Below, piece after piece: positions 63,171-64,000 of a stretch of 64,000 bases of DNA (position 1 is the first letter of the stretch; each line of letters begins with the position of its first letter). Below the pieces are notes generated by a model that did no database searches, had not been told where the DNA came from, and was given only the letters and a program-made list of their open reading frames with translations. Source of the DNA: a virus; the IMG/VR virus record IMGVR_UViG_3300018022_000004. One strand, given 5' to 3'. The position numbers and the translations under genes were made by a program.

Positions 63171-64000
63171 CCCGTGAGGAGTTCCGTGCAGGCGTGTTCG
63201 CCCGTGACGGCGGCCTGTGTGTGCTCTGCGGGGAGCCGGGCGTCGATGCCCACCATATCATGGACCGGAAGCTCTTCCCGGACGGGGGCTACTACCTCGA
63301 CAACGGGGCGACCCTCTGCGGGGAGTGCCACTTGCAGGCGGAGACCGCCCCCGAGCCGGAGTTCCTGCCGTCCTCCATCCGGGAGAGGGCGGGAATCGCC
63401 AGCGCCGTCCTCCCGCCGCAGCTAGGGCAGGGGCAGGAGTACGACAAGTGGGGAAGGGTGGTGGACTACGGCCTTGTGAAGTACCCCCACACGCCCCACC
63501 TGCCGTGGAGTCCTGGGTACGACGCCGAGGAGGACATGATTCTGGAGCCGGAGGCCCTCGAAGGCTGGTACGGCCGCCACGTGGTCATCACGGAGAAGAT
63601 GGACGGGGAGGGCACGACCCTCTACAACAACGCCTACCACGCCCGCTCCACGACGTACACGGGGCACCCCTCACGGACACGGGGGAGGGCGATATGGGGA
63701 GGCATAAGGCACGACATCCCCAAGGGATGGAGGGTATGCGCCGAGAACGTGTCGGCGGTCCACTCCATCCGCTACGGCAGCCTGCCGGGCTACCTGATGG
63801 TGTTCTCCGTGTGGGAGGGCATGAAGGCCTTCTCATGGGAGGAGACGGAGGAGTGGGCCGGGCTGCTCGGCCTGCCGACCGTGCCTGTCCTGTGGCGGGG
63901 GCAGTGGCTAGGGCCCGAGAGGTGCCATGAGGTAATCGCCGGGCTGGACCTGGAGCGCCAGGAGGGCATCGTGGTGCGCCCGGCGGGGGCGTTCAGGTTC
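63152..64000 (+). CDS. HNH-RNA ligase (Rnl2-like family) fusion, runs off the window end
   Basis: Absent from the track. ARDGGLCVLCG..DAHHI..NGATLCGECH, then KYPHTPHLPWS, TEKMDGE, CAEN, EGIVVR. Confidence 0.85.
   Translation, partial: MGPSLLTREEFRAGVFARDGGLCVLCGEPGVDAHHIMDRKLFPDGGYYLDNGATLCGECHLQAETAPEPEFLPSSIRERAGIASAVLPPQLGQGQEYDKWGRVVDYGLVKYPHTPHLPWSPGYDAEEDMILEPEALEGWYGRHVVITEKMDGEGTTLYNNAYHARSTTYTGHPSRTRGRAIWGGIRHDIPKGWRVCAENVSAVHSIRYGSLPGYLMVFSVWEGMKAFSWEETEEWAGLLGLPTVPVLWRGQWLGPERCHEVIAGLDLERQEGIVVRPAGAFRF

Noticed and set aside
1-64000. Genome-wide TAG reassignment
   Set aside because: Many complete genes end in TAG, immediately followed by the next gene (e.g. 2014-2016, 26893-26895), and no CTA-anticodon tRNA is present.

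Overview
This is a 64-kb segment of a GC-rich large dsDNA phage genome, inferred from rIIA/rIIB, ThyX, dCMP deaminase, RNA ligases and many short phage-type hypothetical genes. No integrase, rRNA or CRISPR array was seen. Genes are dense and mostly on the + strand. There are two tRNA operons, read by hand. Operon 1 (19202-20451) has 12 tRNAs, all Tyr, Leu or Ser. Operon 2 (42125-47014) has 24 tRNAs, all His, Arg, Asn, Phe, Pro, Gln, Lys, Met or Trp, plus several tRNA-like RNAs. Main finding: each operon is preceded by the same promoter motif, a 30-codon leader ORF too short for the supplied ORF track, an antiterminator-capable helix and an intrinsic terminator. The codons of each leader match the amino acids of its own operon. 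Leader 1 is MNSLSYNSSSLSYSSSLLSSSLVLSDGWNG (21/30 residues Ser, Leu or Tyr). The first 18 residues of leader 2, MMRFRNPNPQMHWQPKRN, use only, and all of, the nine amino acids served by operon 2. I infer a ribosome-stalling attenuation system that lets the phage switch on replacement tRNAs when the matching host tRNAs are depleted or cut; this is untested. Related features include two RNA ligases, a cyclic-phosphate receiver domain, a Pth2-like protein, and non-canonical tRNAs (8/4 Ser, C33, C55, long-arm Asn and Trp, a 205-nt Leu-like RNA, permuted mimics). All calls are by eye, with no database search or folding program.
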